Shown piece by piece: positions 52,937 to 63,548 of a stretch of 64,000 nt of DNA. The notes under the pieces were generated by a model. It did not search any database. It was not told the DNA's origin and worked only from the letters and a program-made list of their open reading frames with translations. Every line of letters begins with the position of its first letter. Within the stretch, counting starts at the first letter, position 1. Made by a program: the position numbers and the translations under genes. Origin of the DNA: a virus; IMG/VR virus record IMGVR_UViG_3300009073_000004; one strand, 5' to 3'.

Positions 52937-55900
52937 ATGTCGGTTGGAGAAGAAAACCAGGAAGAACTCCCACAGCGTTCTGCAAGCGACATTCTCATGG
53001 AGGCTCTCAACGACGATGACACGTTGTTGAGTTACGAGATTGCCAAACAAGAAGGCAACAATCTCGCAGATACGACGGCGCTCAAAGATCTTGATACGAT
53101 GAGCTACCAAGGTCTCATCAACAAGTACGGATTAGATGTAGCTGGAGAAAGCTACAAAATGCGTGGGGGAGAGCGCCTCTACGACAATCTCAATGACGGA
53201 GAACGGGGATACTATCGCACGAGTGCTGACTTGGCGCTGGGTGCTCTGGCCACAGGTGCTTCCATGGCTGGTTCCCTTGGTTCAGTGGCTTTCGGTTCTG
53301 TCGGGCTTACAGGTCTGGGAGAGGATGCTGCCCGAGGAGGCCGGATCTCCAAGAGCTATCTTCAGAGTAAACAGTCCCAAAGACTGAAAGATCGAAAAGA
53401 TCTGGATCAGGTCAGGTCTTTGCTTGACCGGCAAGATCGGAATGAAGCCTACGACAAAGATCTGGAAGCAGGCACTCCTGAATGGTTGGCTATCACCAAA
53501 CGAGAGGTCTTTGGTGTTGGCGATGCTATCGCCCGAATTGTCACAGATCCTGTCATGGCAGGGAACCTGACAGCTGAAGCTGCCGGGTCTCTTCCGTTCA
53601 GTATGCTCACTGCTCAAGGAGGCATTGCAGCGGCCAGTGCTATGGGAGCAAGATTTGGTCTGGGAGCGGCTGGTCTGGCACGTTTGAAAACTGCTGCAAT
53701 CGCAACAAGTGTCGGAACGATTGAGGCGTCCAGTGTCTACGGTGAGACGCTCCTCGCTGTGCTCGACATGCCGATGGAACAGTTGCGGGAACGTCCCGAG
53801 TTCCAGGAACTTATGTCCAGCGGAGAACTCGACGAGGATACCGCCAAATCTGTCATGGCGCTGCATACTGCTCGAATGGCTGGAGCCATCCAGCTTCCTG
53901 TGGCTGCTACTGTTGGTTTGCTGAGCACCAAGATTGAAGCTCAGCCCCTTGGTGTTTTCCGTGGTTCTGGAATGCTGGAAAACATGAAGACCATCGGTAA
54001 AGAAACTCTTGAAGAAGGTTTTCAAGAAGGTTCCGGTACGCTTGCTCAAGGTCTTGCAATTCAGGGAACCGTCAACGAAGACATGACGGCATCTGATATT
54101 CTTCAGGGTGTCGGTGAAGCTGCTGGTACAGGTGCCATTGCAGGTACGATGCTGACCAGTTCTTTGGCGGCTCCATCTGTGATCGGCAGTGCTACTGGCC
54201 CAACAACTGAAGCTATAAAGGCTGCTGGTGAGGTTGCTGGTTCGGCTGCTCGAACAGCTGGTGAAGTGACCGGCGCTCAGCTCGAAAGATCTGCGACCAA
54301 AGCCCAGAAAAAAGCCAACCGGAAGAGCACAGAAACGAAGCTCCAAGGTCTCAGCGGTGTGACCCAGTTGGCGGCTGCCAATCCTGAAAATGCACCTGAT
54401 AGTGTTCAGGTCATCACGGCTCCGACTGAAGCATCTCCGGTGTCGGAAGCTTTTGCCAAATCTGGTTTGACCGAAACAAGCTCGCTCGTCGAGACGACAC
54501 AGGCAATCATCTCCAGTATCGACGGTGGAAAAGTCGACATCGAATCCATGACGGATGACGATGTGATGTTTGCCATGGATGCTTTCATAGAAACAGAAAT
54601 GGGTCTGGAAGATTCTGGTAATCAGGCAATTCGGGACAGAGGAATAGAGTTTAAAGAAACTCAGGCTTATTTGGATGTTGTTGAGAAATTCAACAGCATT
54701 GATCTGAATGAGAGCCTTGGCCCTGATACCGAGATCACTCCAGAGAATGTCAGCAAAACTATTACTGTAGCGGCCAATCAGCCCGGAAACATTAATCCTG
54801 GATTTGCCAAAAGAATCCTCGAACAGAACGATGAAAACATTTCTCCTGAGCAGGTGAATATCCTTCAGGCTGCCGTGGAGATTTCCGAGGCAATTAATGA
54901 ACGTGCTGAAAGTAATATATCTGTTTCGGATGAAACTGGTGTTTCTCTGAAAGATCTTTCGAATTATACAAAACCTGCCAAAGGCAAAGGTGGCACGGTT
55001 GCTGAAACTTCTCGCTCTATTGCCCTTGATGGTTTCGTCGATGAGAAAGGCCGGTCCCAGAGATCTCTGGCTGACTTCACATCCGAGATCTTGAAAGCCG
55101 GTCAGAACCCTGACAGGTCTTTCGAAGTGGAGACCTCTTCTGGATTTATTTCCAACGGCAAAGATGTTGCGGCTTCCTTCCAGAAGTTTGCCCAGCATAT
55201 GCAGAATAAAGTTGCTGCTCTGGAAGAGTCCGTAAAGACCGGCAAACCGGCACAATATAGCAGTCTGGTCAACGGTGAAGCGTTTATTGAACCAGGGACA
55301 GAGAACTCGGCGGATCCGATTCAGGTCCACCAGAATAACGCCAAGAGCGTGAGGTTCGGTCTGGCTGTCCATGCGGATGCTGTCGCTGTGGCGAAGAGCT
55401 ACAATGCTTTGGCCAAGGCTTTCCCCGACATGTTCGAGACAAAGTCTATCCCGGTGCCAAAGGCTCCTTCGTTTGGTTTCAAGCCAGAGGCTGAGAACCA
55501 AGCTGAAAACCAAGCTGAGAGCACCACACAGGCGGATACCGTCCCTGAGACGAGCACTGACACCCAGATTGACCTGAAGCCTCTGTCAGAGGCTTCTGAC
55601 GCCCTTCTGGACAAGGCTGCCAACGGCAAGCTTGATGCATCGAACCTGAATGATGCCGATCTGACGGAGCTGGAGGCTCTGGGTATCCAGCCCAACGAGA
55701 AGGGTTCGTATCCAGTTGCCAAGCTTCGGAAGGAAAGCAAGCGCCGTAATCGGCCGGGTAAAGCTGACAAAGCTCAGGTCAAGCCCAGCTCGAAGCCAGC
55801 TCCGAAAGCTCCAGAGAAAGCTCCAGAGAAAGCCCCAAAGAAAGCTGCTGAAATCTTGGAGACCAAACCAATCTCGGTCGCCTCGAATGAACTGCTGGTG

Positions 55901-58900
55901 AAAGCTGTGCAGGGCAGGTTGGAAGCTGGAAAACTGTCTGATGCTGATCTGACAGAACTCGAAGCCTTGGGCATTGAGCCAAACAGCAAAGGTCAGTTCC
56001 CGGTAGTGAAGCTTCGTCAGGAAGCTTTGCGTCGGAAGACGGCTGCGATGAAAGAAATCAACGACCGTGCTCGGAAAGAAACTAAAGAAAGAACAGAGGC
56101 TTCTGAGAAAGTTATTGAAAAAGTTGCACAGAAACTTGATCCCAAGCCGATACCAGAATCAGAGCCGGAAGTTCAGACTGAGGCTCAGACTGAAACCCAG
56201 CCCGAAGCTGTGGTTGAAGAAGCTGTCGAAGAGAAAACTATCTTCGCCAAGCTCAGCGAGTTTGCTCGCTCGACCTTGAAACCAAGGAAGGATCCTGCTC
56301 GGTTTGACGATTACGATGCCATGATGCGGGAGCTTGAACAGACCGAAGGATCTACAGATTTCCTGGAGCTGGTGAGAAAGCTTCGAGATCCAATTTCTGA
56401 AGTGCTTCAGGAATCCCTGGATACAGTGAAATATACCAAAGATGGTAAAACCATGTTGGAGGAATTGAGGGCAGATCCGAAAAGGGTCTTTATGCCTCGG
56501 TTCGCCGGTATGGCTTTTGTCGATCCTGAAACTGGTCAGTTCGATCAAAACGTCGTGGATATGACCATTACGGCTATGGCCGAATGGATGACAACGGCAA
56601 AGAATACCCAGACTAAATCCTATGAGAAAATCCTCAGTGAAAATCTGAAGATCTCTCCTGAAGATGTGAAAACTGCGGATGAGGTCTACGCCATTCTCAA
56701 TGGCATTAATAAGAACCAGATCTTCCGGGAAGTGGTTCCCATGGTTCTGGATCTGTTGAATATTGACAAGAACTCCAAATCTGCCCTCGTGCATTACAAC
56801 GGCATGGTGGAGGGTATGATCGAAGAGGTTCTCCACGGTCTGACAGAAGTGGACAGCACATTCAGACAAGTGCAGATCCCCATTTTCAGTGGTGGTAAAC
56901 TCGTGACTACGGGTGTCTATCTGATCGACGGGATTACCGATTATCAGCAGACAATGGATCCGGCTTCCAAAGGGATGTTGCGGAAAATCTTTGGTGTCAA
57001 AGATCGGCAAACTCCGTCGATCGGAGAGAAGATTGCTGACATCGACGATCGCCAATCCAAGACCGGCCGAAAGCTGACACGGTCTCAGCAGAAAGCTGTG
57101 AAGAATATCCAGGATGTTGGGTTTGTAATTGCCAATGGTATGCTCGAAGGTATTCGGGCAATGCCTCGGCAGGAAGTGCTCAATGCTCTTGGTTTTGAAT
57201 CGAGTGAGCATCTGCCAGAAAATCATCCTTTGGCTCTGTCGATAGAAGGCAAGAACCAGGGTCTTTCTCGAGACTATGATGAGGCGATGCAGGTCATTAA
57301 GTTAATCGAAGATCAGGCCAAAGAGACTGGGAAAGATGTTTCCGAGATCCCTGCATATTTCCACATCAAGGTGGGCGGGAATAACCGTCACATGATGCAG
57401 GGCATCAACCCTCAGAACAATAAGATCCTCCGGCTCTTGGTGACGCCGACCCACACTGAAATCGATATGACTGACAGGATGTCGGTTGATCGGTTCTGGT
57501 TGGGTATTGCTCAGGCTTCGGGCATTGCCAAGATCGAGAAGAAGTTCCACGACAATGTTCTGAATGAGATCCAGGGAAAGTTCCAGGAAGAGTTCGGAGA
57601 TGCTGTCGATGCCATGGTTGCCCAGATAGAGGGTGGCACTCTCGATACGAGCAAGATGCCGGACAGCTTCGATACCCAGCAGTTCGGAGCAATCCGGGCT
57701 GTAGCTGAGTTCCGTGTCGCTCAGAACAGGGGTGAGACAACTCTGCCGGTTGCCCTGTCCATGGAAAAGGACGGCATGACGAACGGTTCGGCCAACACCA
57801 TCATGGCTCTGGGGCAGGGAAAAATCTCCAAGCAAGAAGCCAAGACGATGGCCAGCATCGGGATGCACTGGGGCCGTACCGAGATGTCTGCCAACGAGTT
57901 CTATGAGAACCAGAACAACGCAGATGTCTATCAGACAACCTCGAACCGGGTCAGTGAAGACCTGTTCAACAATGAGCAGACCACTGCTCGAGAACAGGCA
58001 CTCGGCCGGATCATGTCTGTGATGGCAGATTTCGAGATCAACACCGATGGTTCAGAAGTCACTCTGTCGAGAAGCAGTTCCAAAGGTCCGACCACGAAGA
58101 TCGTGTATCGATCCGGTGTCAGAGGAGTCGGCAAGGGCATTGCTGATGAAGTGATCACGAACCTGTATCGAGCCATCACAGGAGGATCCAACCTTCAGTA
58201 TGATGGACAAGCAGAAGGAGATATTCCGTTCAGCCTGAAGTCTGATCTGGAGACGGCTCTGGGCATCACATTCCAGAAGGGCCAGAAGCGAGGTGATTTT
58301 CGTCTCACTCCTGACCAGACAAAAGACTTCAGAGAGTTCGTATCCAAGAGCCTCGGTGAGGCTCTGGTCACGGCTTCTCGTGGTGTGCTTGGTTCAAAGA
58401 TCGACGATGTGTCTGAAGCTCTGACTTTCTATTCTCAGGTACACTCGGCGTTTGCTCAGGCTCTTTTCGAGCGGGAGATCAAAAAGCTGATCGACGCCAA
58501 GAAAGGATCCGGGTTCGCTGGAAAGAGCACGATCACTCAGGCAGATTACAATGCTGTCCTGAAGAAGATCCAGGAGGTCGGACAAGACTTCTCGACCGTG
58601 GATGGAAATCTGGAAGTGGGTGCTGTGGACAGTCTCACTGCACCGCAGGGAGGCACCCAGTTCTTCCTGTCTACGGACATGAGAAACTCGGCCAGAACCG
58701 AGACCCGGATGAAGCGTCCCGGCAATGTCGGCGTGAAGATCATCGCCAATCTGATCATCGGTGGCCGGGGTGGTGACGCATCCATGATCAACGGATTCAT
58801 GTCCAAAGACAGTGCTCCAGAAAAGGCCATCATGATCTTTGATGGTGTCGACTTTGATGTGAACTCTTTCCACGATTTCGATTCGCTGATCAACGAAAGT

Positions 58901-61900
58901 GTCTACGAAACATGGACCGCTGATACCATCGGACCCATTCGGGAATCTGTGGAAAAGCTGGCCCAGACCGAGCATCAGGATCTCCTGACAGAAGCTTTCA
59001 ATTCCGTCATTGGTTCGAAGTTCTACGATGGAAACAAAGCTCTGGAATACCTCGGCATCAACACGATGGATGATCTGGTTGCCACGATGGAAACTTTCCA
59101 TCTGAAGAACCTGGCCCGTAGCAATGTCATGAAGAAGGTTCCGCTGAGCGTTCATCAGATGGCCGGTGGCCAGCAGGGGTACAATCGGACAGGACCGAAT
59201 GGCGAAACCTACATGTCTCTCGATCAGATCAATGTGTTGATCGATCAGGAGTTTGCTCGCTTGGTTCAGTCCAGAGTGCATCCCCACAGAGACTTCGACG
59301 ATCTGGTTGCTCCAGTATCTTCTGGAGATGCTGGGGTCATTGAAGATGTGGAGTTCACAGAAGATCTGGACAATGAATCTCTCTTTGAGGAGATCCTTCC
59401 TGAGAAGCTTGCCAACGGCACAGATCAGAACATGGCATCCCAGAGGAAAGCTGCGAAGGAGAAGAAATCCAAGGTGCTGGCGACCAACGCCAAAACTCTT
59501 GCAGCTGAGCTGGCAAAGAGTTCCAAGGACAAGACAGTTCTTCGAGCACTGAAGGCAATCCAGAATGCCATCCCGGATATGCCTGTCGTGACGGGTACTC
59601 TGGAAGAGGTCAACGAGCACCGGAAACAGAATTTCGGTGACGATGGGATTGTGCTTTCGGCCCGAGGTCAGATCGACACGGTGAACAATATCATCTACCT
59701 GGTTTCGCCCAGTCCCGAGACGATGGCCCATGAGCTGATCCACGCTGCCACCTATGCCACGCTAGAGGCTCACTATGCCGGTGAGAGCAACCCGGCTGTG
59801 TCGGAGGCTGTGACCCGGCTGGAGAGCCTTATGGATCAGTTTATGGAGCTGGATGCCGGGAAGAGCCAGAACGTCGTGAAGGCGAAAAATGCTATCCTGA
59901 AGCATCGTCGGAGCCAGACGGATAACACCAAGGCTGCGGCTCTGAATGAGTTCATGGCATGGTCTCTGTCAAACAGGCATCTGGCGAAGAAGCTCCAAAG
60001 CACCAAGTCCAATGTCTTCGCGACAATGGCCAAGGCAGCCGTGGATCTGATGAGCAGAATTATGGGGGTTTCTCCATCTTCTGACATGTATTCGAATGTC
60101 TTGTTCAACACACAGGTCATTGCTGAAAACTCGATCGATCGGGCTGACCCCAACTCGGATGGCAGACAGATGAGGTCTCCTCTGCTGGAGCATTCAGCGG
60201 ATCTGACGCCAACGGCCAGAGAGTTCAATCAGCGTTGGATCGGGATGCTGCAAGAGAAGTTCTCTGGCAGAGAGAAAACTCTTGGGAAAACCCAGGCCAA
60301 GCAGAAGAGGCTTCTCCGATATACCCAGAACGCAAAAGACGTGTTCGAGAAGCTTCAGCTTGCTGGTTTCTCTTTCACGCCACAGGACAAAGGTGTGTTC
60401 AGCTCGATCCATGCTCTGATGGCCATCAATATGCAGCTCGATCCCCGAGGTGCTGAGGCTCTGAACAAGGTGTATCAGCATGTGCTGAGTAACCTGACGC
60501 CGGACATGTTCATCAACCCGGATCAGTATACTGACCTGATGGAGCTTCTGGGCAAGAGCCAGAACGATCAGGGTGTGGCGGACAGCATTGCTCTGCTCTT
60601 GGCTCTGTCCCAGACGAATGCCGAGTTCCGGTATGCTCTGGATCAAATCCCCGATCAGGAAAGGGTTGTCCCCGACGAGAGAACTTTCGATAACACTCTG
60701 GAGAATGCTTTTGCCTACATGTCCAAGAAACTTCTTGGCACCATTGATGTCACCGGCAAAGATCAGAATGAGCTGCTCGATCAGATTGCAGAAGTGATCA
60801 TTGAGAAGAACAAATCTGACACGATTGCAGGTCTGACACAGCTCGGTCAGATTACCGATTTCACCGAGGGTCTGGTGGTTGGAGGGTTCCAGCTGGCTGC
60901 CCGGACTGCTCGTCAACAGAACGCCAAGCTGGACGGTTTGAGAGATCGAAGCAAGGCAGGGAAAGTCATCGCTGCACCTGCTGAGCTGGCAACCAGAACA
61001 CTCCAGTTCCTCGACAAAGATACAGTCAAAGGAGAGGCTGATGGTATCCTGGATTTGACCCACAAGGGAGAGGCTATTCCCTCGTTGGTTTCCTTCAGAG
61101 AAGCTGTCGCTGAACTTCGGGGTGTGACAGATATCAACTCGAAGATGACCATGCTGGTGAACCGGCTGGATCATGCTGTTCAGAACACTCGCCAGAGGTT
61201 CCGTGAGGAGATCCCGATCATTCTGTATCAGGATTTCAAGAAGCCGCCATCGACCAAGGAATCCAAGTCCATCCACAGGGGTATGGGCCGGTCAGACATG
61301 CAAAACTTGCTGAACGCAAAGTCTGACAATATCGCTCAAGTCATGGAGATTATGGGGGACAAAACCAAGCTGGATGACGCCATTGAAGATGTCGAGACGA
61401 AGCTTGCAGCATCTATGTCCGGGAAAGAGTTCCAGAGAGTTCTGGATCAATCAGACAATCTTGCCCAGTACATGATGACCCGGAAGGTCTCTCTGGACCT
61501 GAACCGGAATGCTCTGGCCATCAACAAGGGCAAGGAGAATGGTGATGTGGTGCTGATCGACCGGCTGGTATCTCTCTATGCGATGGAGAAGATGACCAAG
61601 ACGGATCGTGATGCAGTTGCTCGTGTCTACAAGAGAGACCCTGAAGCGATGACCAAATTGCTGGTCTATCTGAAGTCTCTCAATGTTGCAGAAGAGCAGA
61701 AGGCTGCCAGCAAGATCGCTCGGATGAATGGCCTCAAAGGGTACATCCCCGACGAGTCTGAAAAGAGTGTCTCGATTGAAATCCGGCCCGACAAGGAAGA
61801 AGCTTCTTTGATTGCAAAAGGGTATGTCCGGGTCGGAAACTACAAGGCCCATGACGGATATTCGAAAACCAAAATGGGCATCTACAAGTCTACCACGAAG

Positions 61901-63469
61901 ATCCAGGGGAACTATTCTCAGGGGGCTATCCAGCAGGTTCACAACTCCTATCGGGGAGTGGATGCCACTACTGGTTTGTCCGTTGGAAATCTCAATACGG
62001 CCGGGGTGATTACCGGGAATGATGCCAAGATCATCAAGGCTCTCCAGTCGAAAGGAAAGCTGACCGAGCAGGGGGATATGGTCATTCCTGTGAAGGATGA
62101 GAAAGGCGAAGACAAATATTATGAGAGGGCCATTCGGCCGGATATCCAGAGCAAGCACATGGATCGTCGGAGCAATGTGTTCCTGTCGATCGGTGCATGG
62201 GAAGGGCGTCAGGTCGAAGAGAAACTTGCTGAAGCCTACAACCAGGAAGTCGTGGATGAAGTCTTTGACAAAGCCCAGATCAGCGATGCTGATCAGCTGA
62301 CGAATATCGCTGACCCGGACCTGAAAGATCCGATCTACCGGGACTCTTGGGCTATCATTCCTGAAGGCACAAAGAGGTATATCGAAAGCAAGTTTGGCAA
62401 AGACAAGTTCATGGTTCGGAACGACATGATCAACCTGACCACAGGATACCGTGATCCGTCGATGCTGGACATGTTTACCGGCAAGACCCGGACTCCGGCT
62501 GCCATTCAGAACGTGGTGAGAATTGCCGCGGTCTCTACATTCGGGAACCGGGCCATACCGCTGGTCGGACAGGCCGAAGGTCTAATCCAGGAAGCTGTGT
62601 CCGGCGTGAAAGATGTCATCTTGGTTCGGTCCCTGATCGTTCCGACGATCAACGTCTTGTTCAACGTGTTTCATCTGCTCTCTATCGGAGTGGCTCCAAG
62701 GGTTGTCGCTCGAGCATACAAAGATAAATGGAAAGAGCTGAACATCGCCACTCGGAACCAGAAAGAGGTGATCCGTCTGGAGACCCAGATCACGATGAAC
62801 AAGGGGAATGGTCCGAAAGTTGCTCTGCTTCAGAAGAAGCTGAAGAATATTGAAGATGAGAACTCCCGGCTGAGTATCGGGCCGTTGATCCAAGAAGGTC
62901 TTTACAAGAATATCTCGGAAGGTCTGACGGCACTGGATCTCGATCCAGAAACCGGGACTATCCAGAGTTGGTTCAATGCCCAGATGGAGAAGCTGCCGGA
63001 TCCGGCTCAGGGCTTCATCAATCAGGCGATGGTGAACCGTGGAACGGCTGTCCATGATGCTTCGACGAAGCTGATGCTCTATGGTGATTTCCTGGGTAAG
63101 TCGATCCTCTATGATCACTTCCAATCGGAAGGCATCAAGCATGAGGAAGCCATCTTGAAAGCTGATGAGGAGTTTGTGAACTTTACACCTCTGCCCGGTC
63201 GAGTACGGACAGGTCTGGAGGCACTGGGCCTCACATGGTTCATGGCCTACAAGATCAGGATCCTCAAGATCGCGATGAAGACGCTTCGGGAACACCCTGT
63301 CAGAGCCTTGCTGACGGCCAATGCGATTGATGGGGGTGTCCTGTCGGACAACATCGTAGCGGTGGCCAGTGAAAGCGCCAGACTAGATGCAGCTCTGGGC
63401 ATTGGGACGATCTTCAATGCCACAGAGCTGAACCCGTACATGCAGGCTTATGATATGATAACCAATTAA
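52937..63469 (+). CDS. virion-encapsidated RNA polymerase (vRNAP, N4 gp50-type, 3,510 aa)
   Basis: Single giant ORF (N4 gp50 is about 3,500 aa). Central T7-like motifs: A SMEKDGMTNGS (Asp ~1612); B RSSSKGPTTKIVYRSG (R1712/K1716/Y1724, the same R-4-K-8-Y spacing as T7); C AIMIFDGVDFD (Asp ~1969). Confidence 0.9.
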   Translation: MSVGEENQEELPQRSASDILMEALNDDDTLLSYEIAKQEGNNLADTTALKDLDTMSYQGLINKYGLDVAGESYKMRGGERLYDNLNDGERGYYRTSADLALGALATGASMAGSLGSVAFGSVGLTGLGEDAARGGRISKSYLQSKQSQRLKDRKDLDQVRSLLDRQDRNEAYDKDLEAGTPEWLAITKREVFGVGDAIARIVTDPVMAGNLTAEAAGSLPFSMLTAQGGIAAASAMGARFGLGAAGLARLKTAAIATSVGTIEASSVYGETLLAVLDMPMEQLRERPEFQELMSSGELDEDTAKSVMALHTARMAGAIQLPVAATVGLLSTKIEAQPLGVFRGSGMLENMKTIGKETLEEGFQEGSGTLAQGLAIQGTVNEDMTASDILQGVGEAAGTGAIAGTMLTSSLAAPSVIGSATGPTTEAIKAAGEVAGSAARTAGEVTGAQLERSATKAQKKANRKSTETKLQGLSGVTQLAAANPENAPDSVQVITAPTEASPVSEAFAKSGLTETSSLVETTQAIISSIDGGKVDIESMTDDDVMFAMDAFIETEMGLEDSGNQAIRDRGIEFKETQAYLDVVEKFNSIDLNESLGPDTEITPENVSKTITVAANQPGNINPGFAKRILEQNDENISPEQVNILQAAVEISEAINERAESNISVSDETGVSLKDLSNYTKPAKGKGGTVAETSRSIALDGFVDEKGRSQRSLADFTSEILKAGQNPDRSFEVETSSGFISNGKDVAASFQKFAQHMQNKVAALEESVKTGKPAQYSSLVNGEAFIEPGTENSADPIQVHQNNAKSVRFGLAVHADAVAVAKSYNALAKAFPDMFETKSIPVPKAPSFGFKPEAENQAENQAESTTQADTVPETSTDTQIDLKPLSEASDALLDKAANGKLDASNLNDADLTELEALGIQPNEKGSYPVAKLRKESKRRNRPGKADKAQVKPSSKPAPKAPEKAPEKAPKKAAEILETKPISVASNELLVKAVQGRLEAGKLSDADLTELEALGIEPNSKGQFPVVKLRQEALRRKTAAMKEINDRARKETKERTEASEKVIEKVAQKLDPKPIPESEPEVQTEAQTETQPEAVVEEAVEEKTIFAKLSEFARSTLKPRKDPARFDDYDAMMRELEQTEGSTDFLELVRKLRDPISEVLQESLDTVKYTKDGKTMLEELRADPKRVFMPRFAGMAFVDPETGQFDQNVVDMTITAMAEWMTTAKNTQTKSYEKILSENLKISPEDVKTADEVYAILNGINKNQIFREVVPMVLDLLNIDKNSKSALVHYNGMVEGMIEEVLHGLTEVDSTFRQVQIPIFSGGKLVTTGVYLIDGITDYQQTMDPASKGMLRKIFGVKDRQTPSIGEKIADIDDRQSKTGRKLTRSQQKAVKNIQDVGFVIANGMLEGIRAMPRQEVLNALGFESSEHLPENHPLALSIEGKNQGLSRDYDEAMQVIKLIEDQAKETGKDVSEIPAYFHIKVGGNNRHMMQGINPQNNKILRLLVTPTHTEIDMTDRMSVDRFWLGIAQASGIAKIEKKFHDNVLNEIQGKFQEEFGDAVDAMVAQIEGGTLDTSKMPDSFDTQQFGAIRAVAEFRVAQNRGETTLPVALSMEKDGMTNGSANTIMALGQGKISKQEAKTMASIGMHWGRTEMSANEFYENQNNADVYQTTSNRVSEDLFNNEQTTAREQALGRIMSVMADFEINTDGSEVTLSRSSSKGPTTKIVYRSGVRGVGKGIADEVITNLYRAITGGSNLQYDGQAEGDIPFSLKSDLETALGITFQKGQKRGDFRLTPDQTKDFREFVSKSLGEALVTASRGVLGSKIDDVSEALTFYSQVHSAFAQALFEREIKKLIDAKKGSGFAGKSTITQADYNAVLKKIQEVGQDFSTVDGNLEVGAVDSLTAPQGGTQFFLSTDMRNSARTETRMKRPGNVGVKIIANLIIGGRGGDASMINGFMSKDSAPEKAIMIFDGVDFDVNSFHDFDSLINESVYETWTADTIGPIRESVEKLAQTEHQDLLTEAFNSVIGSKFYDGNKALEYLGINTMDDLVATMETFHLKNLARSNVMKKVPLSVHQMAGGQQGYNRTGPNGETYMSLDQINVLIDQEFARLVQSRVHPHRDFDDLVAPVSSGDAGVIEDVEFTEDLDNESLFEEILPEKLANGTDQNMASQRKAAKEKKSKVLATNAKTLAAELAKSSKDKTVLRALKAIQNAIPDMPVVTGTLEEVNEHRKQNFGDDGIVLSARGQIDTVNNIIYLVSPSPETMAHELIHAATYATLEAHYAGESNPAVSEAVTRLESLMDQFMELDAGKSQNVVKAKNAILKHRRSQTDNTKAAALNEFMAWSLSNRHLAKKLQSTKSNVFATMAKAAVDLMSRIMGVSPSSDMYSNVLFNTQVIAENSIDRADPNSDGRQMRSPLLEHSADLTPTAREFNQRWIGMLQEKFSGREKTLGKTQAKQKRLLRYTQNAKDVFEKLQLAGFSFTPQDKGVFSSIHALMAINMQLDPRGAEALNKVYQHVLSNLTPDMFINPDQYTDLMELLGKSQNDQGVADSIALLLALSQTNAEFRYALDQIPDQERVVPDERTFDNTLENAFAYMSKKLLGTIDVTGKDQNELLDQIAEVIIEKNKSDTIAGLTQLGQITDFTEGLVVGGFQLAARTARQQNAKLDGLRDRSKAGKVIAAPAELATRTLQFLDKDTVKGEADGILDLTHKGEAIPSLVSFREAVAELRGVTDINSKMTMLVNRLDHAVQNTRQRFREEIPIILYQDFKKPPSTKESKSIHRGMGRSDMQNLLNAKSDNIAQVMEIMGDKTKLDDAIEDVETKLAASMSGKEFQRVLDQSDNLAQYMMTRKVSLDLNRNALAINKGKENGDVVLIDRLVSLYAMEKMTKTDRDAVARVYKRDPEAMTKLLVYLKSLNVAEEQKAASKIARMNGLKGYIPDESEKSVSIEIRPDKEEASLIAKGYVRVGNYKAHDGYSKTKMGIYKSTTKIQGNYSQGAIQQVHNSYRGVDATTGLSVGNLNTAGVITGNDAKIIKALQSKGKLTEQGDMVIPVKDEKGEDKYYERAIRPDIQSKHMDRRSNVFLSIGAWEGRQVEEKLAEAYNQEVVDEVFDKAQISDADQLTNIADPDLKDPIYRDSWAIIPEGTKRYIESKFGKDKFMVRNDMINLTTGYRDPSMLDMFTGKTRTPAAIQNVVRIAAVSTFGNRAIPLVGQAEGLIQEAVSGVKDVILVRSLIVPTINVLFNVFHLLSIGVAPRVVARAYKDKWKELNIATRNQKEVIRLETQITMNKGNGPKVALLQKKLKNIEDENSRLSIGPLIQEGLYKNISEGLTALDLDPETGTIQSWFNAQMEKLPDPAQGFINQAMVNRGTAVHDASTKLMLYGDFLGKSILYDHFQSEGIKHEEAILKADEEFVNFTPLPGRVRTGLEALGLTWFMAYKIRILKIAMKTLREHPVRALLTANAIDGGVLSDNIVAVASESARLDAALGIGTIFNATELNPYMQAYDMITN
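55571..56035 (+). repeat. two copies of a 59-aa (177-nt) coding repeat inside the vRNAP N-terminal domain (55571-55747 and 55859-56035)
   Basis: Copy 1: DLKPLSEASDALLDKAANGKLDASNLNDADLTELEALGIQPNEKGSYPVAKLRKESKRR. Copy 2: ETKPISVASNELLVKAVQGRLEAGKLSDADLTELEALGIEPNSKGQFPVVKLRQEALRR. 37 of 59 positions are identical by hand alignment. They are separated by a Lys/Pro/Ala-rich spacer (KAPEKAPEKAPKKA). Confidence 0.8.
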
Positions 63470-63548
63470 ATTTGGTACTGGGGACGGGCAGGCAGCCCGT
63501 AGAACTGGATTGCACTTCCGTTCTCTTGCCAAGCCCCAGCATAGAAAA

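Noticed and set aside
63484-63500. ACGGGC-aggca-GCCCGT hairpin after the vRNAP stop, considered as a terminator
   Set aside because: The stem is only 6 bp and there is no U-run on either strand.
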